NCBI GenBank assembly: GCA_964016885.1
Contig: OZ024747.1
Span: forward strand, 11,408,001-11,472,000
Direction: 5' to 3'
Source of the DNA: Eledone cirrhosa
Lineage: Eukaryota
DNA length: 64,000 bases
The notes beneath the pieces are model-generated. The model saw only the letters and a list, made by a program, of their open reading frames with translations, was not told the DNA's origin and did not search any database. A program made the position numbers and the translations under genes. Shown piece after piece: positions 49,680-62,618 of this stretch; position 1 is the stretch's first letter, and every line of letters begins with the position of its first letter.

Positions 49680-51690
49680 ACATGTGTTTGTGTTTCTGTG
49701 TGTGTACTTGTGTTTGTGTTTCTGTGTGTGTACTTGTGTTTGTGTTTCCATGTGTGTACTTGTGTTTGTGTTTCCGTGTGTGTACTTGTGTTTGTGTTTC
49801 CGTGTGTGTACTTGTGTTTGTGTTTCCATGTGTGTACTTGTGTTTGTGTTTCTGTGTGTGTCCAGTGTTTGTGTTTCTGTGTGTGTACTTGTGTTTGTGT
49901 TTCTGTGTGTGTACTTGTGTTTGTGTTTCTGTGTGTGTACTTGTGTTTGTGTTTCTGTGTGTGTCCAGTGTTTGTGTTTTTGTGTGTGTACTTGTGTTTG
50001 TGTTTCTGTGTGTGTACTTGTGTTTGTGTTTCTGTGTGTGTACTTGTGTTTGTGTTTCCATGTGTGTACTTGTGTTTGTGTTTCTGTGTGTGTACTTGTG
50101 TTTGTGTTTCTGTGTGTGTACTTGTGTTTGTGTTTCCATGTGTGTACTTGTGTTTGTGTTTCTGTGTGTGTACTTGTGTTTGTGTTTCTGTGTGTGTACT
50201 TGTGTTTGTGTTTCTGTGTGTGTCCAGTGTTTGTGTTTTTGTGTGTGTACTTGTGTTTGTGTTTCTGTGTGTGTACTTGTGTTTGTGTTTCTGTGTGTGT
50301 ACTTGTGTTTGTGTTTCCATGTGTGTACTTGTGTTTGTGTTTCTGTGTGTGTACTTGTGTTTGTGATTCTGTGTGTGTACTTGTGTTTGTGTTTCTGTGT
50401 GTGTCCAGTGTTTGTGTTTTTGTGTGTGTACTTGTGTTTGTGTTTCTGTGTGTGTACTTGTGTTTGTGTTTCTGTGTGTGTACTTGTGTTTGTGTTTCCA
50501 TGTGTGTACTTGTGTTTGTGTTTCTGTGTGTGTACTTGTGTTTGTGTTTCTGTGTGTGTACTTGTGTTTGTGTTTCCATGTGTGTACTTGTGTTTGTGTT
50601 TCTGTGTGTGTACTTGTGTTTGTGTTTCTGTGTGTGTACTTGTGTTTGTGTTTCCATGTGTGTACTTGTGTTTGTGTTTCCGTGTGTGTACTTGTGTTTG
50701 TGTTTCCATGTGTGTACTTGTGTTTGTGTTTCTGTGTGTGTACTTGTGTTTGTGTTTCTGTGTGTGTACTTGTGTTTGTGTTTCCATGTGTGTACTTGTG
50801 TTTGTGTTTCTGTGTGTGTACTTGTGTTTGTGTTTCTGTGTGTGTACTTGTGTTTGTGTTTCCGTGTGTGTACTTGTGTTTGTGTTTCTGTGTGTGTACT
50901 TGTGTTTGTGTTTCTGTGTGTGTACTTGTGTTTGTGTTTCTGTGTGTGTACTTGTGTTTGTGTTTCTGTGTGTGTACTTGTGTTTGTGTTTCTGTGTGTG
51001 TCCAGTGTTTGTGTTTTTGTGTGTGTACTTGTGTTTGTGTTTCTGTGTGTGTACTTGTGTTTGTGTTTCTGTGTGTGTACTTGTGTTTGTGTTTCCATGT
51101 GTGTACTTGTGTTTGTGTTTCTGTGTGTGTCCAGTGTTTGTGTTTCTGTGTGTGTACTTGTGTTTGTGTTTCTGTGTGTGTACTTGTGTTTGTGTTTCTG
51201 TGTGTGTACTTGTGTTTGTGTTTCTGTGTGTGTACTTGTGTTTGTGTTTCTGTGTGTGTACTTGTGTTTGTGTTTCCATGTGTGTACTTGTGTTTGTGTT
51301 TCTGTGTGTGTACTTGTGTTTGTGTTTCCATGTGTGTACTTGTGTTTGTGTTTCTGTGTGTGTACTTGTGTTTGTGTTTCTGTGTGTGTACTTGTGTTTG
51401 TGTTTCCATGTGTGTACTTGTGTTTGTGTTTCTGTGTGTGTACTTTCCATGTGTGTACTTGTGTTTGTGTTTCTGTGTGTGTACTTGTGTTTGTGTTTCT
51501 GTGTGTGTACTTGTGTTTGTGTTTCTGTGTGTGTACTTGTGTTTGTGTTTCCATGTGTGTACTTGTGTTTGTGTTTCTGTGTGTGTACTTGTGTTTGTGT
51601 TTCTGTGTGTGTACTTGTGTTTGTGTTTCCATGTGTGTACTTGTGTTGTGTTTCCATGTGTGTACTTGTGTTTGTGTTTCTGTGTGTGTG
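49680..51690. repeat. 2-kb 26-bp minisatellite (intronic)
   Basis: tgtacttgtgtttgtgtttctgtgtg with ccat/ccgt/tccag variants. Confidence 0.97.
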
Positions 51691-51772
51691 TTCTGTTTTT
51701 ACATAGATACATATATGCATGTAAAATTGAAAAGGTATGTCTAAACCTTGCTAGCAGGAAAACAAACATTAA

Positions 51773-51959
<187 letters not shown>

Positions 51960-51999
51960 GTATCTACAACTAACTGAAATATTTGTCTTTCCTATCCAG

Positions 52000-53360
52000 C
52001 CGGCAAGACATATCTGAGGAGATAAAAGAAAATTGTCTGAAGAAGGGCACCAGCCTGATAGTCTTGGAGGGAGCAGTCCTCAAAGTCACCAGTCTAACAT
52101 TCTTGGAGGGAGCAGTCCTCAAAATCACCAGTCTGACAGTCTTGGAGGGAGCAGTTCTCAATATCAGAAAAAATTCTTTCCTTATTCACCAGATAAAAAC
52201 CCAAATCTACAACTTCATCATCGAGAAGAGACAGAATTCCTGCAGAATTTCTTCTCTTCAGAATCTTCTGATGAAAACTGTGGCCATTTCACTGATTTAA
52301 GTCCTCCTCAAGAACTTTGTTTATGACAGAGAAGTCTGTTGTGACCAGGGGGAAATTATAGACATGAGTTCAAACCCTGGGAATTTGAAGGGTTTTTCCA
52401 AACATGAACTGACTGAGAACCCTAAAAAGATCTTGCAATACAGGTTTAAGACAGAAGCATCAATGAGCTCTGGCAATAGTTATGATGATGATGATGAGGA
52501 GGATGATGATGGTGGTGGTGGCTATTGTGTAGATGTTGTTAAGAGGAATGTTGGAAAGATGGCCCCACACATAGTTTCCAGTCTGATCCTTTCCATGACA
52601 GAACAAACTTTGCTGTTTGCTAATCCTGATCTACAGTCTTCAAACAAGGGTTTAGGTCAAAGAATAGTCGACACCAAACCAGAAAATATAGGGACAGAAA
52701 GAGAAAATGAAGGTGATTTGAGTTATCGGCTGTACATAAGGGACAACTCTTTAGAAAGGTCCCAGCTCAGGGGTGTTCCTCTGGAAAATATGAATTTCGA
52801 GAAATCCAATTATCTGATTCAGCTCAGAAAGAAGACAAAGAGAGAGAAATTACAGTTGAATCTTGTGCCGTTATCAAAAATGTTGAAGACACAAGAGAAA
52901 AAGGAGTTGATATCCAGAAGTTCATGATCCCAGAAAGTTCTATCAAAGATACACCACAGCAATATAAAGTTAACACCAGAGAAGCTAATTCAAGCAAAGA
53001 AGAGAAAAGCAATAAGTCAAATACTTCAGAGCAGAGATGTTCTGTTCAATCAAATGACTGTCAACTGAGGCAGGACTGGAAATCAACCAATGTGTGTTGG
53101 ATGGAAATGTAATAGTGAAGAAGAAGCCAATAGTTCTGAGATTACAATGGCATCAAATCATGACAAACTTCAATCTTCTGGGAATGTTTTAGAGGCGGCA
53201 GTTCAACAGTTGATTCCAAAGAGCTTTACAGAACTATAGCAAGACATCAGTGTTCAATACTGAAGGATTATTCTGAAGGTGATAGTAGAGTGGTTTACCA
53301 TTCTGCAGACTTGGTGTATTTCTCACACAACATGGAAGTCGAGCAATTCTTAATGAAATT
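52000..53360 (+). pseudogene. Probable KNDC1-like exon 12 with several frameshifts (sequence error or decay)
   Basis: Acceptor tccag|C in phase 2; protein-like segments alternate among frames (ORFs 51983, 52033, 52364, 52924); possible donor gtatgt at 53361. Confidence 0.55.
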
Positions 53361-53795
53361 GTATGTTATCCTTTTATATATTCTGGTATATTATTATAAC
53401 TGATGGCCTCTCCCCATTTTGGGGTTGTATAATAAATCTGTCTTCAGCTTAGTTTTAGATCTTCATGCACCAAAAGGGAAACAAGACTACCAGTGTAGGG
53501 GATCTATTACAGTTCTCTCCACTCCCTTCCTATTCAACTGGTTCTAGTGTCAGAGATTCTCCTGGAATGTTCAGCACCAGGTATTCTTGGAATAGCCTCC
53601 TACTAACCAACTAATTCTGTCTCTGAGGTCTCCCTGTTGAACCAATCCTGTGTCTGAGGTTTCCCAATCTAGTTTCTGTGTCTGAGGTTTCCCTATCTAA
53701 TTCCTGTGTGTCTGAGATCTCTCTGTCTAACCAATTTCTGTGTCTGAGATCATATGGTCTCTTCCTAATGTGTTTGGGTTAAAGTTTACGGTTTT

Positions 53796-53995
53796 NNNNN
53801 NNNNNNNNNNNNNNNNNNNNNNNNNNNNNNNNNNNNNNNNNNNNNNNNNNNNNNNNNNNNNNNNNNNNNNNNNNNNNNNNNNNNNNNNNNNNNNNNNNNN
53901 NNNNNNNNNNNNNNNNNNNNNNNNNNNNNNNNNNNNNNNNNNNNNNNNNNNNNNNNNNNNNNNNNNNNNNNNNNNNNNNNNNNNNNNNNNNNNNN
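53796..53995. other. Assembly gap (200 N)
   Basis: Run of n. Confidence 1.
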
Positions 53996-54219
53996 GCGTG
54001 TAATGTCTATCTTCCACGTTAGCATGGGTTTAGACGGGAATTGTCCCACTTTATATGAATATGTATGTATATATATATGTACGTATATATATGTATATAT
54101 GTATGTATGTGTCTATGTATGTAATTGTATGTATGTATATATATATGTATATGTATGTGTATTATATATGTGTGGTGTGTGTGTGTGTATGTATGTATGT
54201 ATGTATGTATGTGTATGTA

Positions 54220-54252
<33 letters not shown>

Positions 54253-54461
54253 GTGTGTGTATGTGTACGTATGTATGCATATGTATGTATGTCTATGTAT
54301 GTATGTGTGTGTATGTGTACGTATGTGTGTATGTATGTATGTATGCGTATGTATGTATGCGTATGTATGCGTATGTGTGTATATATATATATATATGTGT
54401 ATATATATATTTTTATGTATATATACTTATATATGTATATATTTTTTTATGTATATGTATG

Positions 54462-54525
<64 letters not shown>

Positions 54526-54816
54526 CATATATATATATATTTGTGTGTGTGTGTGTGTGTTAGTGGATGTGTGGTGAATATGTTATGTACATATGGGATA
54601 CGTGAGTTTCTTTCTCTTAGTGTTCTCATATCCATGAACCCTGTTCCATAGTAGATTGTAGACTTTCACCATTTCTCTAGATATATTAGACATTTCTTGG
54701 GGGGATTCACTCCTCGTTACCACTTTCGGCAGTCGTGTCACTGACAGGGACGCTACTCTGAGAAATGGAATCCCGGCGCCGACTTCTGGAAAATAGAGAA
54801 AAATTTGGATATATAT

Positions 54817-54967
54817 ATAATAATAATAATAATGAAATTATAGTGTACAGTGCTCAGGTGCACTACAACTCATCAAATGTGCATGTATAGTACATAGAAT
54901 TATATAAATATGTCAGGGAAGTGAATAGTGTATGAGTCATGATATACATGTGTGCATGTGTATGGAG
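54817..54967 (-). mobile_element. CR1-like LINE 3' UTR fragment
   Basis: Nearly identical to 20487..20632. Confidence 0.85.
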
Positions 54968-55233
54968 GTATATGGAAGAAACGAAAGAAAAAAATGTTTA
55001 AGGTAGAAGCTCTAAACACACAAGTATGCTGTATACACAGGGCTCGTGCTATGATTAAGGTCAACTAGGCAGCTATCAAGGATATAGACATCAAAGATAT
55101 GCATTACTAAATCTTAAAGGATCATAGTTTTATACAAATTTGTATAGTTAACTTAAATATATAATAAATTCTTGTGATCAATAAATATATAGTTAAACAA
55201 CTTTGAGAAAATATTTGAAGTGGTGGAGAGGGT

Positions 55234-55265
<32 letters not shown>

Positions 55266-55359
55266 AGCGTGAACCTCATACCAACACTGTTTGTAACTGC
55301 ACTCCTTGTTATTGTTTTTGTTTTTTACTTTGCCAATATATATATATATATATATATAT

Positions 55360-56652
55360 AAATAAGCCACTATACTTAGCCTGTGTTGACCTAGAGAAGG
55401 CCTTTGATAGGGTACCCTGATCTGTCATCTGGTGGTCCCTAAGGAAGCTAGGTGTTGAGGAATGGCTTGTGAGGACAGTGCAAACTTTGTACAGAGGTTC
55501 TCTCAGTAAAGTCAGGGTAGGAATGGAGTTTAGTGAGGAATTCCAGATACAAGTAGGAGTACATCAAGGTTCGGTCCTCAGCCTGCTCTTGTTCATTATA
55601 GTCCTCCAAGCCATAACAGAGGAGTTTAAGACTGGCTGTCCATGGGAACTTCTCTATGCTGACGATTTGGTTCTTATAGCAGAATCAGTAGAGGAGCTAG
55701 AGAATAAATTCTGGCTATGGAAACAGCAGTTGGAAGCAAGAGGACTGAGAGTGAACCTAGCTAAGACAAAAGTGTTGATGAGTAGAAAAGAGGACAACAC
55801 TCTGATTCCATCAGGGAAATGGCCATGTTCGATATGCAGAAAAGGAACTGGCATAAATTCTATAAAATGCACACAATGCAGATCCTGGGTACACAAGAGA
55901 TGTAGCGGGATAGCAGGCAAACTAACAGGTAGGGAGAAATATGTATGCAGTAGATGTACAGGGAAATTAGACAGTAGAAGTCGCATTGATAGACACATTT
56001 TTCAAATGCAGGAGGGTGCTATAGAAGTGGTGGATAGCTTCCGGTACCTAGGAGATCAGATTAGCATGGGAGGAGGGTGTTCCGAGGCCATAGTATCTAG
56101 AATAAGGATGAGTTGGAAGAAGTTTAGGGAGCTGCTTCCTCTGCTGACGAAGAAGGGTTTCTCCCTGTGTACGAAAGGCCGGTTGTATGATGCCTGTGTG
56201 AGGAGCGCGATGCTGCATGGTAGTGAGACATGGGCAGCAACTGCAGAGGATATGTGACGGCTGGAGAGAAATGAGGCAAGCATGCTCCGTTGGATGTGCA
56301 GTGTAAATGTGCGTGAATGACCCAGCATAAATGTGTTGAGAGAGAAACTGTGTGAGAGGGATAGAATGTAGTGTACAGGAGAGGAGACTGAGGTGGTATG
56401 GACATGTGATGCGCATGGATGATGACCGATGGGTGAAGAAGTGCCAGGAAATGCCAGTTGAAGGAAGACGTGGTAGAGGTAGACCACGAAAAACATAGGC
56501 GGAGGTGGTGAGAACAGACCTCAGATTATTGAAGCTCACAGTGGAGATGACGAAGGACCGTGACGAGTGGAGAGATGCTGTGCTGAATAAGACCCGTCCC
56601 ACCCTTGCAAGCAGGGAAAAGCGGACGTACAATGATGATGATAATGATGATG
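55360..56652 (+). mobile_element. 5'-truncated RTE LINE family A, copy 2
   Basis: Colinear with 15893..17157; YADD, PHD insert, premature stops; (GAT)n tail; inserted in (TA)n. Confidence 0.92.
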
Positions 56653-57189
56653 ATATATCTATATATATATACATACACACAATAAAGTGGTTGTGTAGGT
56701 ATCACTGCAAAAAGTACCCAGTACACACTAAATGTGGTTGGTGTTAGGATGGGCATTCGGTCATCGAATCCAAGCCAGAAACAGTTCTGTATGAGAAAGA
56801 CATGATCACCTGATCTGACTTATCTCAAATCGGACAACCCGTCTAACCTATGCTAGTGTGGAAAATAAACTTTAAATGATGATGATGATGCTACACAATA
56901 TATTTATTATAAATAACAAGATGAAGTTTCACATGAATGTTTTTATTGATTATAGACCCATCACATGTTTCACAGATGATTTGTTCAAAGTCCATATTAG
57001 TGTTTATAAACCTGACTCCAGCATTAATCTGATCCAGAATTGTTAATCAAGCAAAAACAAACATTTTATCTGGTGAGAGGATTGATGTAGTCATCTAGTG
57101 AAAAGATTGATATTGTAGTGATCTGGTGAGAAGATTGATGTTGTAGTCCGGTCTATATCACTAATATGAACCTATGGACCTTGAGCCAG

Positions 57190-57193
57190 TCAT
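57190..57193 (-). CDS. Possible terminal exon coding tip of the minus-strand gene
   Basis: tttcacag|A TGA would complete the phase-2 Lys codon then stop; minus-strand AATAAA at about 56942 and 56903. Confidence 0.35.
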
Positions 57194-57224
57194 CTGTGAA
57201 ACGTATGTAACAGGTCAATCAATA

Positions 57225-57440
57225 ATCATACGGGCAAAACCACCCGAGAGGAGACCCAGGGGTAGACCCTGAGCAAGATGGTTGGATGAGCCTGGCTGGT
57301 CTCGCTTGGGGATCCAGCTGGCTTAGTTGGAGATGGCTGCTTCTGACAGAATCTGTTGGAAGGAGTGTTTGAGGACTCTGCCCCCCCCCCCCCCCCCCCC
57401 CCCCCATGACCCTCTCAGGAATGAGTAGGCGAAGAAGATG
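57225..57440 (+). mobile_element. RTE family C 3' fragment
   Basis: RRPRGRP-ARWLD remnant; homologous to 5085..5250. Confidence 0.55.
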
Positions 57441-58007
57441 TGGAACTTTGTTTTGTTATTTATAGTATATACACTCTGCTTTAGCATTGAGTGTTAATAT
57501 TGGTATCATCTACAGTGACCCACTAAAATACTGAATAACCTAAACTATATATATTTTCAAAGCTTGCTGAACACACAAGCTGAAACTGCTTGGCACCATG
57601 GTCTGGATTTTACCTACACCTATACCCACTCTGCATTTCCCCATGCATTGAGTACTCCCATGATTAGTGGTCTCCCTTGTCTCAGCACTGCAGACTCTCT
57701 CACTCTCAATATATATATATATATGTGGTAGTATTGGTGTTGCAATTAAATGCACCCATTACACCCTGTAAAGTGGTAGTGCTGGTACCATGATAAAATG
57801 CACCCAGTTCACTCTGTAAAGTATTTTGTGTTAGGAAGGACATCCAGCAATAGAGATCATGTCAAAATGAAATGTATGAGCTCTCCCGATCTCTCTAGTC
57901 TCAGACTGTGTCAACCTATCTAACCAATGCTATCACTGAAAGCAGACGTATGATGATGGTGATGGTGGTGATGATGATGATGAAAAGAAAGATTAGAGAC
58001 TATTTAC

Positions 58008-59152
58008 TTTAATTCCTCTTCTCTTTCCTTCATTTCTCGTAACTCTTGTTCAATGATGCTGCTGGCATTACTTTTGGCTTCTCGGTATGAGAAAACTGTC
58101 GATATTTTGGGTTTCTGAATGACAAAATTGGGGCCACTAGTCTTGTGTGGTTCCATATGTGCTGTTGATGAAGAGGAACCATAACTGTCAACACTATCTA
58201 CCTCTCCTGAGTTACTGTCTGCTGAGGCCACTGACGATTTGCGGACAGTTGTGAAGTTCCGTTTGGCAGCAACTGGTGATACTTCTGTATATTTCTTCTG
58301 TTCTCCAATTCTCTCCACTGAAGTTGTGTTTATTCTTCCACTGTTTCGTAAACTCACTTCTCGTTTCACCTCCTTCTTTATCTCCTCTTGAAGACGGTTT
58401 GTCGCAATTTTCTTCATCGTATCACCCTTCATCACATTGTTTTTCAATGAATATTTTGGTTTCACGTGGCTTGTTTTATCAATGTTCACTACAACGGAGG
58501 GTTTTTTTTCAACTGGGACACCCTTATCAATTCTGAATTGCGTTTCTCGTTCCTGTGCCAATCGAATTTCTCTTTCGATTGGTGTTTCATTTGGCTTTAC
58601 TTTAGTTGTTTTAGTTGTTGTTTTTGTTGTTGTTGCTGCTGCTGCTGCTGCTGTACTGTTCTCAACATTACAATTGGCCTTCTCAGTGTCACATGACATT
58701 GTTGAGGTGGCCCCTGATATGTTACCGTCAACCATACATTCATTGCCAACATTTTCTCTAGTTTCTCCAGCTTCCTTCGTGATTTTCATATCTAAAAGAC
58801 TTTGCCTTACTTCTTTCAATTCAGCCTCTCGCTCTCTAACTGCTCGCAATTCCTCGGCAATTTTGTTTTTCTGAGAAATTCGTAAAGGAACAGCAATTTC
58901 TTCATTCTGTGGTTCACTGATGGTATGGTCAGTGTCCTGTGAGGAAGAACTAGCTGCGTAGTCAAAGTTATTAGAATCAATTTTAATGGTGTAGTTATCA
59001 CTGTTGTAGTTATTGCTATTGTCAGTGGTAGAAACAGTGTTGATGTTGTTGTTTTTGTTTGATTTGGTTAATTGCATTTCTCTTTCTCTTTCTCTTTGCA
59101 TCCTTATTTCTGCCTGAACAACAGTCTCTCTATATTCTATTGGTGTCTTCAT
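58008..59152 (-). CDS. Large exon of an AKAP2/MISP C-terminal-motif-like coiled-coil protein
   Basis: ctag|ATG...AA|gtaaat; non-repetitive 381-codon frame with ETVVQAEIRMQRERE, KIAEELRAVREREAEL, ETPIEREIRLAQERE, SIIEQELREMKEREEEL. Confidence 0.75.
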
Positions 59153-59445
59153 CTAGAGAGAGAGAGAGAGAGAACGGTAAATCAAAGAACAGGTATACAT
59201 GAACATACATAATTATAAATATACATACATATAAATGAATTAAATTTTATTATTCGATATAAAACTCATGAATGTGTATATATATCATCATCATCATCAT
59301 CGTTTAATGTCCATATTCCACGCTTGCATGGGTTTGGACGGGAGTTTTCCCACTGGAGGCAAGAGTGGTTGTCTTGCTCGCATAGTACTGTCTGGCGGGT
59401 TTTCTACGGCTGGATACCCTTCCTAACTATATATATAGGCACATG

Positions 59446-59785
59446 GAGGCACATGGCTTAGTGGTTAGTGCATTGGCCTTGCAATCGAAAGGTTGTGAGT
59501 TCAATTCTCAGACCGGGTGATGTGTTGTTTCCTTGAGCAAGACACTTTATTTCACATTGCTCCAGTTTACACAGCTGTAGAAATGAGATGATAGGGACTG
59601 GGGTCCCTATCATTCCACTGCAAAGTGGTCGTGGAGGTGCCACGGCAAAAAAGCACCCAGCACTCACTGTAAATGAGGTTGGTGTTAGGAAGGGCATCCA
59701 GCTGTAGAAATCAAGCCAGAATCCGTTCCCGTCCCACCCTTGCAAGCAGGGAAAAGTGGACGTAAAATGATGATGATGATGATAG
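59446..59785 (+). mobile_element. SINE family 2 copy
   Basis: Nearly identical to 31925..32265. Confidence 0.88.
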
Positions 59786-59989
59786 TAATAATAAATATGA
59801 AGACTAAAATCAAATCCAAAGAGGGCTCGATAAGGATTATATATATATATATATATATAACCTCAACCCTTTAACATTTACATTACTCTACATTTACTAT
59901 TGTATTTTCACAGTAAAGACTTTACCTCACATAATATCGAATTTACGAAATTTTGATGATGATATCATTTATTTTGAGAACAATACTAG

Positions 59990-60235
59990 GCCAGGTCTTA
60001 TCACACTTTCTGTAGTGCGAAGTGACAGAGTACAAAACTCCCCTGATAGGACCCCAGTCTATGACAGGGTTAAACTCACAGCTACTACTAGTACTCATTT
60101 CCTGCTGAGAATTACTGGAGCAATGTGAAATGAAGTGTCTTGGTCAAGGAAACAACACACAACCCAGTAAGGGAATTGAACCTATGCCATTATGATCATC
60201 TGTGCAACACCCTAACCACTAGACCACGCACCTCC
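59990..60235 (-). mobile_element. Degenerate tRNA-derived SINE sharing the family 2 head
   Basis: actggagcaatgtgaaatgaagtgtcttg.tcaaggaaacaacac...attgaacc...taaccacta. Confidence 0.65.
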
Positions 60236-60354
60236 ACTCATGCAGCATTGAAATTATTCTGTTACATACATGCTTCTATAAATCTATGTGTGGCAGACAT
60301 TCCAGCCATGACCAGTCCATACCAATATATTTCTCACACACACACCACTCTCAC

Positions 60355-60663
60355 TACATAATATATGGTCTTTTCTGAGGAGGGAGGAGAGAAGGGAGGA
60401 GGATTTGAGGGAGATTTGGTGGCTATTTTTACTTTTAGGTTGGTAGTAGTGGTGGCGGGAGGGATGATGGAAGTAGTAGTGGTGGTGGTGGTGGTGGTAT
60501 AGGCGGTCATGGTAGTGGTGGTGGTGGTGGTGGTGGTATAGGCGGACATGGTGGTATAGGCGGTCATGGTAGTGGTGGTGGTATAGGCAGACATGGTGGT
60601 ATAGGCGGTCATGGTAGTGGTGGTGGTATAGGCGGTCATGGTGGTGGTGGTATAGGCGGACAT
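60355..60663 (-). CDS. Possible upstream exon end of the minus-strand gene (5' boundary unknown)
   Basis: Unique NLKVKIATKSPSNPPPFSPPSSEKTIYYV then donor gtgaga, phase 0 matching the 59152 acceptor. Confidence 0.4.
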
Positions 60664-61925
60664 GGTGGTGATGGGGTGGTGATGGTGGTATAGGCGGTCA
60701 TGGTAGTGGTGGTGGTGGTCGTATAGGCGGTCATGGTGGTGGTGGGGTTGTGGTATAGGCGGTCATGGTGGTGGTGGGGTGGTGGTGGTGGTATAGGCGG
60801 TCAAGGTAGTGATGGTGGTGGTGGTATAGGCGGTCAAGGTAGTGGTGGTGGTGGTGGTATAGGCGGTCATGGTAGTGGTGGTGGTGGTGGTGGTGGTGGT
60901 ATAGGCGGTCATGGTAGTGGTGGTGGTGGTGGTATAGGCGGTCGTGGTGGTGGTGGTGGTGGTGGTATAGGCGGTCGTGGTGGTGGTGGTGGTGGTGGTA
61001 TAGGCGGTCGTGGTGGTGGTGGTGGTGGTGGTATAGGCGGTCGTGGTGGTGGTGGTGGTGGTGGTATAGGCGGTCATGGTAGTGGTGGTGGTGGTGGTAT
61101 AGGCGGTGGTGGTGGTATAGGCGGTCGTGGTGGTGGTGGTGGTATAGGCGGTCGTGGTGGTGGTGGTGGTATAGGCGGTCGTGGTAGTGGTGGTGGTGGT
61201 GGTATAGGCGGTCGTGGTGGTATAGGCGGTCGTGGTAGTGGTGGTGATGGTGGTGGTATAGGCGGACATGGTAGTGGTGGTGGTGGTGGTGGTGGTGGTG
61301 GTGGTGGTGGTATAGGCGGTCATGGTAGTGGTGGTGGTGGTGGTATAGGCGGTCGTGGTGGTGGTGGTGGTGGTGGTATAGGCGGTGGTGGTGGTGGTGG
61401 TGGTGGTGGTGGTATAGGCGGACATGGTAGTGGTGGTGGTATAGGCGGTTAAGGTGGTGGTGGTGGTGGTGGTGGTGGTATAGGCGGACATGGTGGTGGT
61501 GGTGGTATAGGCGGTCAAGGTAGTGATGGTGGTGGTGGTGGTGGTATAGGCGGTCATGGTAGTGGTGGTGGTGGTGGTATAGGCGGTCGTGGTGGTGGTG
61601 GTGGTGGTGGTGGTGGTGGTATAGGCGGACATGGTAGTGGTGGTGGTATAGGCGGTTAAGGTGGTGGTGGTGGTGGTGGTGGTGGTATAGGCGGTCATGG
61701 TAGTGGTGGTGGTGGTGGTATAGGCGGTCGTGGTGGTGGTGGGGTGGTTTTGGTGGGGTGGTGGTATAGGCGGTCATGGTGGTGGTGGGGTGGTGGTGAT
61801 GGTATTGGCGGTCATGGTAGTGGTGGTGGTGGTATAGGCGGTCATGGTGGTGGTGGTGGTGGTATAGGCGGTCATGGTAGTGGTGGTGGTGGTGGTATAG
61901 GCAGTCATGGTGGTGGTGGTGGTAG
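60475..61925. repeat. (GGT)n array punctuated by ataggcggtcat
   Basis: Directly visible. Confidence 0.95.
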
Positions 61926-62373
61926 GTGTTTATGGTGGTTGTAGTAGTGGTGGTGGTGTTGTAGACATAGTTGTAGTTCTGTAGGAGAGTGTTGTTAATA
62001 GTAGTGGTGGTGATGGTAGTGGTGACAATGATGGTGGTGGTGGTGATAGTTCTGTTGGTGGTTTTGTCAGGGAGGTGGCGGGGGTTGATAGCAATGGTGG
62101 TGGTGGTGGTGGTGGAGCCAGAGTGACTAGGCAATAAATGGTGGTATCAGTCACAAGATGGCAGTGAGGGGGGAAGTAAGGAGGGGGAGGTAAAGTTAGA
62201 TGTCTGGAGATATGTTGTGGAAGGGGGTTGAAGTGTTGAGTTGGGTGAGGGCAGGGTATATGGATTGTTTACCCGGTTCTCTCCCCCACCCGACTCTCAA
62301 AGTTCTCTACCTGGTCAGGTAAAACTGGAATCTCATCAAGTTCAAAAATAGATCAAAGAAAAAAAAACAAAAC

Positions 62374-62557
62374 CCCACAAGCACTACAACAAAACAAAGA
62401 GTAAAGTTGTAACTATAATGGAAATATTTCACTTGGAATGGGTGTAGGTAGGGGAATGGGGGAGTTTTACTTCAGCCCTTCCCCTCAATATACAGAGGAC
62501 TACCTCACCCTCACCCTAAATATACAGTAGAGTACCGTATATGTGTGTATATATGTA

Positions 62558-62618
<61 letters not shown>

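Noticed and set aside
57540-57755. Alternative terminal exon of the minus-strand gene
   Set aside because: Purine-rich acceptor context and no recognisable similarity.
60733-61452. Glycine-rich protein on the plus strand
   Set aside because: GGT repeat with no unique coding flanks or splice support.
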